Positions 40,251-53,030 of a stretch of DNA of 64,000 nt are shown here, one piece after another. The notes under the pieces are model-generated. The model was not told the DNA's origin, did not search any database, and saw nothing but the letters and a program-made list of their open reading frames with translations. Numbering within the stretch: position 1 is the stretch's first letter; every line of letters begins with the position of its first letter. Origin of the DNA: Octopus sinensis (taxonomy: Eukaryota); the NCBI RefSeq assembly GCF_006345805.1, contig NC_042997.1, forward strand, positions 61,256,001 through 61,320,000, given 5' to 3'. The position numbers were made by a program, and so were the translations under genes.

Positions 40251-42459
40251 TTGTGCATCATCAAGTGTACTTGTCCTTCCTTCCTTTCTCTAATTTCTCA
40301 GTTAGATACTATAGTAAGCATGTTACTATGATAGTTTGGTACATTTAGATGTGTCATTGTAATGAAACAGAATCACCAAAATGTTATTACAAAAAAGAAA
40401 AAAAAAAAAAACACAGCAAGTAGTATGAATAAGCTGCAGATAACGTGTTCCTAATGGAAAGAGAAACAAGAGCTATCTATTAAATTCAGCTCTAGTGCAT
40501 AATGCAATTAAGGAAATTACACAAAACAATATTGCCTGACCTTCAGAGGCTATTTTATGATACTGGGAAAAATCGAGATAATTTCCAAATAATATTAGAT
40601 GAAGTTTTATCTCACATTAGTTGGTTTATCAGTATTGTTGTTAATTTCTGTAGGTTATAATCAAGTGAGATTAGGATTGAGCTATAGATTAATGGATCTT
40701 AAAATAAAAGTTGCAGAAGTTGTCTGAGTAAAACTTAGTAAATGCTAAAATTGATATAATACAGTTTGGATTTTCTTAAGATTTTGGAGCCATAAATGGT
40801 ATAAAAACTTTTCGGTTAGGAATAAATATATCAATCTGATTGAATGGGTATTTTGAAAGAATATCATGTAATGTTGGGGTTCAGAGACATACTCAATCAG
40901 GCAGTTATAGAATAAGGTCCAAACATGAAAATTGAGACTGAGATAAAGGATTAGAAGATTAAGGTTTTTAATTAAATTTGGGACTTGGATAAGATGTTTG
41001 AAGATTTCATTTGTTTTTTTTTTCTCATTGTTAATCAATTTGAGAAGAAGGAACAATATCCATAACTCTTATAGATCCCTTCAGTTAAGCAGCTTCAGCA
41101 GTGTTGATATCTAGTTTAAATATCTGCAGGATGATATCTATATATGGAGGAAGACCCAGAGTATAGCAATTATGGAGAGAGAGGATTAGATTAAGTGTTT
41201 AGATCAAGGATTATGATTGGAGTGTTTACTACAAAGGTTTTGATTGGCTTAGGAGTTCAATACAAGGATTTTGAGAGTGTGACTACAAGAGGACATAGAC
41301 ATGCTACTCACGCTTTTAAAGATTAGAAATTTGTTAAGAGAGAGAGAGAGAGATTTAGCTACAATATTAATCAAGGTGAGTATTTCTAGAAGCTCTTTCA
41401 TGATTTGTGCTGGTAATAGTTTATTACATTTATTGTATATACAATATTTGCCTGTCATTTAATAGAAGTTTTAAAGGAATGATGGCAAATGAAAATAATA
41501 ACATCCAAGAAAGTCGATTATCAATGAAATTAATTACTGTAAACTTCTTATAGAAATTATTTCACTTTATTAAATTAATTATATTTCAACTTAACAAAAT
41601 GTTACTGCTTTGAATATTGATATATCAAAACAATGGTATTAATGCACTGCACTTGGAGTAGCAGTATGATCATATTTGTGTGCAGATACTACTAAATAGT
41701 AGATTCATCTATTTATATATTTTTCTTTCAGCCGTCTTATCTAACTATCTATTTAATATTTTTATTTGTCTCTCTATCCTTATCACATGTTGTGCTTCTC
41801 TGTCTTGCTAAGATAAATGTTATACTTGCATATTCCTGAATTTGTAATCATTTTCTGCCTGTCTGTTTACAATATTTAGTTACGTCATTAGTTTTATTGT
41901 GTAATACAAACTTTGGCGTTCGATGAAGTTTTTAAGGAAACTTCAAAGAAGTTCAGCAATGGAATATGTTACATACTGACATATGGATTTATGTTTGCTT
42001 TTTAATGACTAAGTTAATAGAGTATGGGCAGCACTCATGACTTTACAGAGTCCCTGAGACTGGTGGGATAAAAATAAGAAGTTATCTTTGGGCTGGACAC
42101 CTGGCCTAAAAGTTGGTCACAAAGTTAATTCCTTTAAGGGCATCCTTGTGCCAGCTGGTGTTAGGAGTGGTGTTACTTAACCTGTTAAAGGAATAAGCCT
42201 GCCACGCAAAAACTGAAACACCAATGAGCTTCTGTACAGATTCTGTTTACCAAATTTCCCCCATTAGGCTTTGGTTAATCTAAGACTATTAAGGAAGAAG
42301 ACACTGCCTTAGGTGGCATACAGTAGAATTGAATCTATGTACTTGTGAAGTCATCTTAACCATGCAGTCATATCTATAAAGTAAACAACTGTAAAGTACT
42401 TAATTCTATGGTAATAGTTTAGCTCAACAGGAAAAATAAAACTGTGTAAATGGTATGAC

Positions 42460-42472
<13 letters not shown>

Positions 42473-42492
<20 letters not shown>

Positions 42493-43860
42493 GAAGAGAT
42501 GGAGAGAGAGAGGATGAAGAGATGGAGAGAGAGAGAGGAGGAGGAGGTGGAGAGAGAGAGAGAGAGAGGAGGAAGAGATGGAGAGAGAGAGAGGAGGAAG
42601 AGATGGAAAGAGAGAGAGGAGGAAGAGATGGAGAGAGAGAGGAGGAAGAGATGGAGAGAGTGAGAGGAGGAGGAGGTGGAGAGAGAGAGAGAGAGGAGGA
42701 AGAGATGGAGAGAGAGAGAGGAGGAAGAGATGGAAAGAGAGAGAGGAGGAAGAGATGGAGAGAGAGAGAGGAGGAAGAGATGGAGAGAGAGAGAGGAGGG
42801 AGAGATGGAGAGAGAGAGAGGAGGAAGAGATGGAGAGAGAGAGGATGGAGAGAGAGAGGATGAAGAGATGGAGAGAGAGAGAGGAGGAGGAGGGGGAGAG
42901 AGAGAGAGAGGAGGAAGAGATGGAGAGAGAGAGAGGAGGAAGAGATGGAAAGAGAGAGAGGAGGAAGAGATGGAGAGAGAGAGAGGAGGAAGAGATGGAG
43001 AGAGAGAGGAGGAAGAGATGGAGAGAGAGAGAGGAGGGAGAGATGGAGAGAGAGAGAGGAGGAAGAGATGGTGAGAGAGAGAGGAGGAAGAGATGGAGAG
43101 AGAAAGAGAGGAGGAAGAGATGGAGAGAGAGAGAGAGGAGGAAGAGATGGAAAGAGAGAGAGAGGAGGAAGAGATGGAGGAGAGAGAGGAGGAAGAGATG
43201 GAGAGAGAGAGAGGAGGAAGAGATGGAGAGAGAGAGAGAGAGGAGGAAGAGATGGAAAGAGAGAGAGAGAGGAGGAAGAGATGGTGAGAGAGAGAGGAGA
43301 GAGGAGGAAGAGATGGAGAGAGAGAGAGAGGAGGAAGAGATGGAGAAAGAGAGAGGAGGAAGGAAGAGATGGAGAAGAGAGAGAGGAGGAAGAGATGGTG
43401 AGAGAGAGAGGAGGAAGAGATGGAGAGAGAGAGAGAGAGGAGGAGAGATGGAGAGAGGAGAGGAGAGAGAGAGAGAGAGGAGGAGAGATGGAAAGAGAGA
43501 GAGAGGTGGAAGAGATGGAGAGAGAGGAGGAAGAGATGGAGAGAGAGAGGAGGAAGAGATGGAGAGAGAGAGAGAGGAGGAAGAGATGGAAAGAGAGAGA
43601 GAGGTGGAAGAGATGGAGAGAGAGGAGGAAGAGATGGAGAGAGAGAGGAGGAAGAGATGGAGAGAGAGAGAGGAGGAAGAGATGGTGAGAGAGAGAGGAG
43701 GAAGAGATGGAGAGAGAGAGAGAGGAGGAAGAGATGGAGAAAGAGAGAGAGGAGGAAGAGATGGAGAGAGAGAGAGGAGGAAGAGATGGTGAGAGAGAGA
43801 GGAGGAAGAGATGGAGAGAGAGAGAGAGAGGAGGAAGAGATGGAGAGAGAGAGAGAGAGA
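42473..43860. repeat. 1.4 kb polypurine minisatellite, unit approx. (GA)n-GGAGGAAGAGATG
   Basis: About 55-60 variable 20-27 nt units; plus strand almost free of pyrimidines apart from the T of ATG/GTG. Confidence 0.97.
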
Positions 43861-46080
43861 TCATTTTAAAAGTTCCTTTTAACAGTTAGAAAAGAATATA
43901 TGTGTCATCAGTTGGTGTTAAAAGTTCTACATAAGTCAGTAAATAGGAGATGATAGTGATGCTGAGTTAAGTGAGTCCTTCCTAGATCCTTAAAGATTAG
44001 TCAGTCAGTGAGCCAATAAGAGGTCCTTCATGATCTCTCAATCTGTTAGAAGTAGCAGTCTGCTCAACCAGAGATGAACTGAGGCTAAACAAAAGCAGCT
44101 ATTCAATCAAGTACTGTATTAATTTTAATATTTTAAATTGTAAAACTGTCTTTGACACACCTAATAATTGAATGTACTCACAAAAAGATAGCCTTGTTAC
44201 GAATACTTACTAGAGCTACAGCTATATTCCATTATATGTCTGAAAGCAAAAATCAATTGATTCATCAAGGATAGGGCATGGTTGAATGCTTTTTTTAAAT
44301 ATTATGTGTGGATAAAACAAGTACTTTTGATGCAGCAAAGTAGACTTGATGGCTTTATCACCATCATTATCAGTATTATCATTAATATTCTAAGGACAAT
44401 AAAATGTTTATGGACAAGTAGAAATAAATTGATATGGTTTGAATATAATTCTTGTTTCTAACTACTTTCTGTACCCATCATAAGTTTTTGATATAGAAAA
44501 ACATTTGTTATGAAAAATTAATCACTATAGAAACCAATTATTTCTTTTGAAGCTAACAAGTGAAACTGTATATGGTTAGCAGCTCAACCTGCTGGAAATA
44601 GAAGTAAAATCTCACATCATATTCTATTATTTGGCTAAAGCGGACTTATTGGATGAGATGGTTCTATATGCATTCTGAAAATGAAGATGGGATGATCATG
44701 ACTGAAATATTTTTGACCATGGCTCTGCTCTATTAGAGTTTACCCTTAGCTAAACAATGACGTTCCTTCTTCTGAATAAGCACAGGGACAGTATTTATTG
44801 AAAGGCTGGCATGAGATACTGTTGAATGGTTCAAATCCAATGTATGATAGCTGCTGGCACCTATTCTATCAATTCTTTAGATGACCAGCCATTGGCTAAT
44901 GTAAACTTAGGCACATTATGCTTGAAAAAGAAACACAAAGTTATCATAACTAGAACATCTTTGATCTTTGGCCTGCTGGAATAGTACTGATCAAAAAATG
45001 CAAGATCAAAAAGTACAAGGATAAAAAGTGAAGTCAAGCTAGGAAACTGTTAACTTAGAATAATGATGCATTTTTACTAGAGATAAGGCCAATTTTCATT
45101 GGTGAGTTGTATAATCAACAGATTAAATCCCAGTAGATGACTGATATTGGCATTTGTTTTATTGACTTGCTGAGACAGAAGAGATGAAGATAACTCAATC
45201 AGAATTTGAATTCACAACTAAGAGATGAAACTACACTAACAGTTATGAATCCATTCCTTTTATTGTAATTCAATTCAATTCACATCTAGGAAACATTATA
45301 AGAATTGACAGCACTGTATGTCTGGTATTTTATTTAATTGATCCAGGAAAAATGAAAAACAAAGTTGACCTTGGTGTGATTTGAACTCCAAAATACAAAG
45401 GACCATAACTGGAAACTAGAGGGACTTTGTCCATTGTTCTTACAATTCTTTTCATTTTATGACTTTGAATTGACAATTCATCTCCAATTTTATTATGTAA
45501 ATTAAAAAGGAAATTAAGGTCAATGATGATATTTCTTGGATCTGACACAAAACTGTTTTTATAAAGGAAACATGGAACTAAGTGCATCAACACCAGTATA
45601 TTGCCTTGACAATAGAGAAAAAGCTAGGCTGACTTAGGTGACATTCGAACTTAGAGAAGGGAATTGTTGCTTGAACCCAAGTCAACCCTAATTAAGTAAA
45701 ATCTATGACCAAAAGCATTTCAATTATGTCCAACTGTTTTTCTTGCACACTTAACTACATTATCCAGTGTGTCCTTTTATAAGATCACTATCTGATGAGG
45801 TGACCATGTAGTAGCTGCATCATTAACTCAAGAATAAGTGAATTGTTAAACTAGATGCAATGGACCATAATTCTTCTGACTTAATTATTTTTGCTACTCT
45901 TATCAGAACCAATAATAATATTTCCTTAAATAAGTATTAGATCTTAGATGAGTAAAGATCTTCAGTACATGAACTAGTAGTTGTAAATAATTATTTTAGA
46001 GTAGACAGTAGTCTAACATTTGTCATTGACTTCAATATATCACTGATAGTTGGCATACTTGGTGACTCAGAAGAGTTTAA

Positions 46081-46298
46081 CCCTTTAGCATTCAGACTAC
46101 TTTGTTAAATTTAATGCTTATTTATCCACATCATTTTGAATTGATTATGCACTATCTCATAGCTTTGAGATTTTGATGATGTGATTGTTTGTTTTTAAAA
46201 TGACATTGTAGCATAGGTGTGAGAGGCCAGATCACTGATTTTGAGATAAAAGAGGTAGAATATTTTGACCAGATATGGTTGGTTTAAATGCTAAAGGG
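46081..46298. mobile_element. piggyBac-type MITE
   Basis: TTAA flanks; TIR CCCTTTAGCATT / AATGCTAAAGGG. Confidence 0.9.
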
Positions 46299-46619
46299 TT
46301 AAAAATAAAGCCAGGCCCAGTGTGATTTGAACAGAAGACAGTAAGGTCCTGAACTTGACAATGTAAAACATTTATTCAACATTAATTCAGCATATATTCA
46401 CTTATGTTAAAGTCAGGCACTTTGCATTCCCTCAGTGTCATAATAATATTTATTAGTCCACATTGGAAGGATGACAGGCTTCTTTGCTATCTAAATGTGT
46501 ATATGAATGTGCTATCTTTGCTATCTGAATGTGTATATGTGTATATATGTGCATATCAAAAACTTTTATCATTGAACTATCTAAAGTTTTGTTTCTTTCA
46601 GTCTATTATCTTAGGTTTT

Positions 46620-47000
46620 GTCACTCCACCACCAAATATTTTTGTCATTCTACCATCTAATGTTTTTATCATTACTCCATCTAATATTTTACTTATGCTG
46701 TTGTCTAATATTTTCTAATATGCCTCCTATTATTTAATGTCATTCATTATACCATCTAATATATCAGCCATTACAGTATCTAATGTCTCAGCTATTATAT
46801 CATCTTATAAATGTAACACTACACCATTTTATGTATCAGCCATTATATCATTTAGTATGTCAGATATTTCACCATCTAATAAGTCAATCATTACACCCTT
46901 GTTGGTTGCTACACTATCTAATAGATTAGCCACTATGCCAACTAATATGACAGCCATTGCAGTATCTAATATGTCTATCATGATACCTTGTCATAGTTTT
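46620..47000. repeat. Degenerate ~24 nt minisatellite (ATCAGCCATTATACCATCTAAT-like)
   Basis: Recurring CCATCTAAT/TATCTAAT at roughly 24-27 nt spacing; further patches at 47600-47790, 48380-48466 and 48751-48850. Confidence 0.65.
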
Positions 47001-47335
47001 GCTGCATTAATTATTATTGTGTATCAGGCAACAAGAGTGTTATGTGGTCTCATGATCTATAAGAGACAGTTGCCAAATTTCTCCTATCATACACTATTGT
47101 TATTAAAGTAAGTCATATCTGAGGAAAATGGCAGGATTGGTATAGCCCAAATACTGCCTTTTACCAAAGGTCTACTTGAACAGGACCAAAACGACAACAA
47201 CGACATATCAAACATGTCATGTCATTAGCTCATTTTATTTTTAACTATGTAAATTATACAGTCCAAAGACTCTTTCTAACTCTTTCTAAATGTAAAAATC
47301 TACATCACCTGATCAACAAGCTTGTTTAGACTATC

Positions 47336-47375
47336 CTATGCTGATGAGTTCTTGCAGACTGAAATATGACCATAG
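47336..47375 (+). ncRNA. Degenerate minimal hammerhead-like motif
   Basis: CTATG-CTGATGA-GTTCTTGCAGACT-GAAA-TATGAC-CATAG; perfect stem I, but stem III and triplet differ by 2 nt from GAAACATGTC. Confidence 0.5.
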
Positions 47376-48466
47376 TTGTACTTTTGCTGCAATAGTCAGA
47401 CTTTCCTTCTCCTTGGCATGAAAATTAACATTGAGAAATTAATTCTGCATTTCTTGAAATTATCTTCCCTTTTCTCTGTGAGTTTCTAAATAACCATTTA
47501 TTGCTAAGTTTGTGTTTTCTTTTTCCAACTTTGAGAGATCTTTTTTCCTTTTTAATTGGTTAAGGATTTTTTTTAGATATATCATTCAGTACATTATCTC
47601 TTAATTTAATTATCAGCCACTTCATTGTCTAATATGTATGCCTCTCCACCATGTAATCTCTTTATCATTTCCTACAGTATGTGTGGCATTTCCCCATATA
47701 GTGTCTGTCATTCTCTCATCTAATTTGTCTGCCACTGCGCTATTTATTATACCAAACATTCCATTATCTGATATTTATGTCAGAAAACCATCTGAGATAT
47801 TCCTAAGTTTGGATAGGAGTGGGCACAGCAAGGAAGGAAAGTATTTACTTTATTAAAATCATTTCTCAGAATAAAATCATTTACTAAGTCTTAAAAATAA
47901 CTTTATGGAATATTCAGGATCTTTGTTTCAGAAATTACCAGGAACTGTGTTCTCATTCTATTTGAAATGACAGGCTTGTGTGAATCTGAATTCAGTTCTG
48001 GGAATTTAGGAATAGTCTAAATTCACAGGCAGCCCTGTTGATTGCAAAGAGCAAGAAAGTTCTATAGTTTGATATGAAATCATGAATGAAAAGCAGGAAC
48101 AAAGAAGTTGCTAAAATTTATGCTTATAATTGATTTCCCTGTTTATAGTTCTTTTTTGAATGCTCAATTAACATCTGCATTTTATACTCCGAGTCAAAAG
48201 CTTAATTTTTAAGTTCAGTGTGTTCAACCACAGTACTACTGTATGTAGTATAATTTTTAAAAAATAAATTGCATATTCAAAACTTGAGTTTTCATTTTAC
48301 ATGATACTACTTCTGTAAGGAGTATGAAAATTAACCAAATATGTTGGGTGGGTGAGGGGCGTATAAGAAAGGTTGGAAACTGCAGATCTAATGTTTCTAC
48401 CACTCCACTGCTTGATATTTATATCACTTCACCCATCTAATATTTACTTCACTTCATTATCTAATA

Positions 48467-48750
48467 TACAGGTCCCTAACAACCAGGCTACATACCAGTA
48501 CTGGATCATGGATCATTTGGCACCAAGCCACACAGAAAGAATACATTTCTTAATTTTATTTCTATTTTATTGACTATCACAGTCTGTAGGGTGTTTTTGC
48601 ATTATATATGTATGTATATGTTAATAATTAAATTATATATTATACACTTTATTGTGTTTTGTTATGCACATAATCCTCCCGGTCTGTCAAAAAACTGTCT
48701 TGCATGAAACTAGTCCATGGTTCAAAAAGAAAAAAGGTTTGGGACTATTG
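48467..48750. mobile_element. hAT (Charlie-like) MITE
   Basis: Decayed TIR ..GGTCCCTAAC / GGTTTGGGACTATTG; TSD ATCTAATA / ATCTAATT. Confidence 0.7.
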
Positions 48751-49469
48751 ATCTAATTAATAAATCAGCCATTCATAAACTCTATGCTTCTGTTTCTCTA
48801 CTATCTAATATTTCTCTGCTACTCTATCTGCAACTAATATGGCAAAATCTTGAATCAGAGGATTGCATTAGCAAAAATAATCCTAGAGGAAGTGTGGTAG
48901 TTCAAATAATTATAGTTACCATGAGGGATAGATGTGTAACATTAGGCCTTTTACAGAAGAAAAGAAGAGAGTTCTGACTACTTCCAGATAAATTTCGGCT
49001 ACAACACATACATCTCTCATATCTTCTCTTTGATAAAATACCTGTAGCCTGAAACAGTGGACCTCTTTCTTCCTTATGCTTAAACTTACCACACCAGCTA
49101 TTTTCTCTGCCGTTTCCCTCTCTAATAACTCTGCCACTTTATTACTACCTTTTTTTTTACCAACCCAGGAAGTATGAAAGACAAAAACAAACTTAGCAGG
49201 ATTTGAAATCACAACATAAATAGATTAACTAGATACTGCATGATATTTAGTGCGCTTTTCTGTCAGTGCTGTTACTCAGCACCCTACAACAACAACAACA
49301 ACAACAATAATAATAGTTTCTGATTTAGGCACATGGCCAGCAATTTTGTGATAGTCAATTCCATTGACCCAAATACTTGATGACAGTTAAAGTTGCCCTT
49401 GGCAAGATTTGAATTCAGAATGTAAAGAGCCAGAAGAGATAGTGTGATATATTTTCACCAATACTTTAA

Positions 49470-49641
49470 CCCCTTTTATGTTCAAACCGGTCAGATGTGG
49501 CCTCTCACACATACAGTGTCATTCTAAAAAGAGACAATCACATCATTGAAATCTTGAAGTTATGGTACAGTGCATGATTAATTTAAAACAATGTGAATAA
49601 ATAAGCATTACATTTGATAGAATAATCTGAATGTTAAAGGG
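49470..49641. mobile_element. piggyBac-type MITE inserted in a family A SINE
   Basis: TTAA flanks, CCC/GGG ends; inverted relative to 46081-46298; SINE sequence resumes after 49645. Confidence 0.8.
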
Positions 49642-49949
49642 TTAATGATTCTGCCCATCCACCATTCTGAACAGCATCAGTACCTATTATTGTTGTTGTT
49701 GTTGTTGTTGTTCCTGTTGCTGCTGTTGCTGTTGTTGTTGTTGTTAGCTGGCAGAATTGTTAGCACACCTGGAAAAATGCTTAGCAGCATTTTGTCTGTC
49801 CTTATGTTCTGAGTTCAAATTCTGCCAAGGTCCACTTTGCCTTTTATCCTTTCAGGGTCAGTAAAATAAGTGGTAGTCCAGTGCTGGGGTTGATGTAATC
49901 AATATCCCCCTCCCCCCTATCTCAGGCCTTGTGCCTATAGTAGAGAGGC

Positions 49950-50375
49950 TTAGCCCATTTAAGAGTACCCTTCAATTGTCTGGCAATTGGCTCTGCTTGA
50001 GAAGACATGTTGAGTCAAGTAAAATTGTCGTCATGGCCGATGTCAGTACCACCTGACTGGCACCCTTGCCAGTGACATGTGAAAAGCACCATATGAGCTT
50101 GGTCGATGCTAGCGCTGCCTGACTGGCTCCCGTACCGGTGGCACGTGAAAAGCCCCATTCGAGTGTGGTCAATATCAGTGCTGCCTAATTGGCCCCCGTG
50201 CCAGTGGCACATAAAAAGCACCCACTACTGTCTCAGAGTGGTTGGCATTAGGAAGGGCATCCACTTGCAGAAACCTTGCCAGATCAGATTGGAGCCTGGT
50301 GCAGCCTCTTTGCTTGCCAGTCCTCAGTCAAACTGTTCAACCTATGCCAGCATGGAAAGCGGATGTTAAATGATT
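49950..50375 (+). mobile_element. SINE family D with three internal ~65-70 bp repeats and RTE-like tail
   Basis: Three diverged copies of GCCTGACTGGC..GCCAGTGGCAC.TGAAAAGCACC, then GGTTGGCATTAGGAAGGGCATCCA...GCCAGCATGGAAAGCGGATGTTAAATGAT. Related pieces at 31310 and 59085. Confidence 0.75.
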
Positions 50376-51004
50376 ATTATTATTCTTCTTAAGGTGGCAA
50401 GCTGGCAGAATCGTTAGCACACTGAGCAAACTGTTTTGCATCGTTTCATCTGCCTTTACATTGAGTTCAAATTCCATCGAGGTCGACTTTGCCTTTCACC
50501 CTCTTGGGGTCAATTAAATAAGTACCAGTTTTGCACTGGGGATGATGTAATCAACTTGCCCATCTCTCCAAATTTCAGGCCTTGTGTCTATAGTAGAAAG
50601 GATTATTATTATTGTTGTTGTTTCTTTATTACCCACAAAACCCCAAATATTGAATACAAATTATGTTAGACAAAAGGCAGTACACACACACACACACACA
50701 CACTTACCACATGCATACATATCCCTATTAAGTTTTCATCTACTGCCCTCTTGCATTATCCTCTTATCTGTCAGTATTCACTTCTACCACTGTCACTCTT
50801 TTTCACTCTACCTCGCTTCTACTAATATCCCTCTATCATTCTATATACTTATGTAGTTTCAGATCTACTCGTATTCAGCACTCCTTACTCTTACCATTCT
50901 TTACCACTAGCCATCACTTATCTTTTTTACTGCATCCTATATTTATCCAGCTTTGATGTACTGGTACAAAGTTAGAGACTTGTGCAAGTGTGAGACACTC
51001 AGGT

Positions 51005-51815
51005 GAAATAATTTTCAGCACATAACTGGATAACTGGTACTTGTTTTTATCAACCACAGAGAGATGAGAAACGAACTTAGCTAGAACAGGATTTGAAATT
51101 GGAACACAGAGAACTGGAGTTAGTCCAGTGTGATACAGTTTCTGCTGTTAAGTTACCTTTCTGCATTATAATTGCTACATATACTGGGACAAGGCCACGC
51201 ATTTATAGTAGTACTAGTATATAGTAAATGGATCCATCCTCATTATATTACTGGTACTTGTATCGATCCAGATGAATGAAAGGTAAAGTTGACAACAGCA
51301 GGAATTGAAATCAGAATGTATTGGATACTAAAAGTTATTCCGTTTTGCAGCTTCTCACAAATACTTACAAAAATACCAAGCCTTCTATCTCTAAAAGCAG
51401 TGTTAGTTCATGCATAGTGTTTATTATAACTCACATGTATTGGGTTTGGGGAAATATTTCTTACAAGTTAATTCCAGCACTTGACTGGTACTTTAACTTA
51501 GCAACTCTGGAAGGATGAAAGGCAAAGATAACCATAGCAGTATTTGAACACAGAAAATTAAGAACTGAAAGAAATATCATGAGGCCAATGTTGTTCTGAT
51601 TCTATCAATCCATGGGCCAAATAATAATAATTTCTAACTTTGGTTCAAGGCCAACAATTTTAAGAGGAGGAGGAAGGCAATTACTTATTTTATCGACCCC
51701 AAAAAGCTGAAAGGTGAAATTGACACTAGAAGTATTTGAACTCAGAAAGATAAGCCAGAAAAAATACAGCTGAGCATTTTGTCTGACACAGTTATGATTC
51801 TGGTGGCTCACCACC

Positions 51816-51864
<49 letters not shown>

Positions 51865-53030
51865 TGATATTTCTGATTTAGGCACAAGGCAAAAAATTTT
51901 GGTGGAGAGAGTCAATTAAACAGGCCTGAGAACTTGATTGTTGTTATATTTTGTCAATCCAGAAAGAACGACAAGCAAAGTTAAACTCATTGACATTTGA
52001 ACTCAGAACATAAATAGCTGTAGATATACCACAAGGTATTTTGTCCTGCTCTGTAACAATTTTGTCAATTCACTGCTCTAAATGGTTTGTAGAGTAGGTG
52101 CAAGGCCAGAAATTTAGGGGAGGGATTTAATTAATCAGATTCATACTAGTACTTGACTGGTACTTTATCTTACTGATTCCCAATGGATAAAAGGCAAAGT
52201 TAACTTCATTTATGCTTGAACTCAGAATATAAAAAAACCCAAAAGTAGTTCCACAAAACATTTTGTTTAACACAGCATTGATTCTGCAATTGTAGTAGTA
52301 GTGGTAGCAGTAGTAGTAATGATGATGATGATAACGAATTCTAATTTTGGCACAAGGCCAGCAATTTTGGGGAGGCGTTAAGTTGATGATATCATCCCCA
52401 GTGTTTCACTGGTATTTAATTTATTGACCCTGAAAGGAAAAATTGACCTCGGCGGAATTTGAACTCAGAATGCAAAGACAGACAAAATGTTGCTAAGCAT
52501 TTTGCCCATTGTGCTAATGATTCTGCCAACTCACCACCTTAATAATAATAATAATAATAATATAATAATAATAATATTAGTAGTAGTAGTAGTTTCAAAT
52601 TTTGGTACAAGGCCAGCAATTTCAGGGGTAGTGTAAATTGATAACATCAACTCTAGCATTTGACTCTGAAAGAATAACAGGCAAAGCTGATCTCAGCTAA
52701 ATAGAACATAAAGATGGACAAAATGCTGCTAAGCATTTTGTCTGGTGTTCTGCCTTTGGTTCCAAGTTTTGGCACAAGGCTAGCAATTTCAGGGAGTGGG
52801 TAAGTTGATTATATAGATCTCAATGCTCAGCTGGTATTCATGTTATCAACACCTAATACTACTACTAATAATAATGATATTAATTTTCTACAGAGACACA
52901 AGGCCTGAAAGTTTGGGAGTGAAAGTTAGTCAATGTTGTTGTCACGGTAGTTGACCAGTGCTTTATCTTATCGATAGTGGTGGGAGGAAAAGTTGCTCTC
53001 AGCAGTATTTGAACGCAAAACATAACAATT
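51005..53030 (-). mobile_element. Array of about ten head-to-tail family A SINEs
   Basis: Repeated ACTGGTACTT..TTGACCC..GAAAGG..AAAGTTGAC..TTTGAACTCAGAA blocks, all on the minus strand, separated by (AAT)n/(TAG)n/(GAT)n. Confidence 0.8.

Noticed and set aside
42473-43860. CRISPR-like repeat/spacer appearance
   Set aside because: No unique spacers, eukaryotic context, no cas genes.
42419-43889. Long ORFs of up to 481 aa (ER-rich or SL-rich)
   Set aside because: Open in several frames on both strands only because the purine minisatellite lacks stop codons.
48916-49212. 98 aa minus ORF with an internal GTAAGT donor
   Set aside because: No convincing acceptor and no recognisable protein motif.
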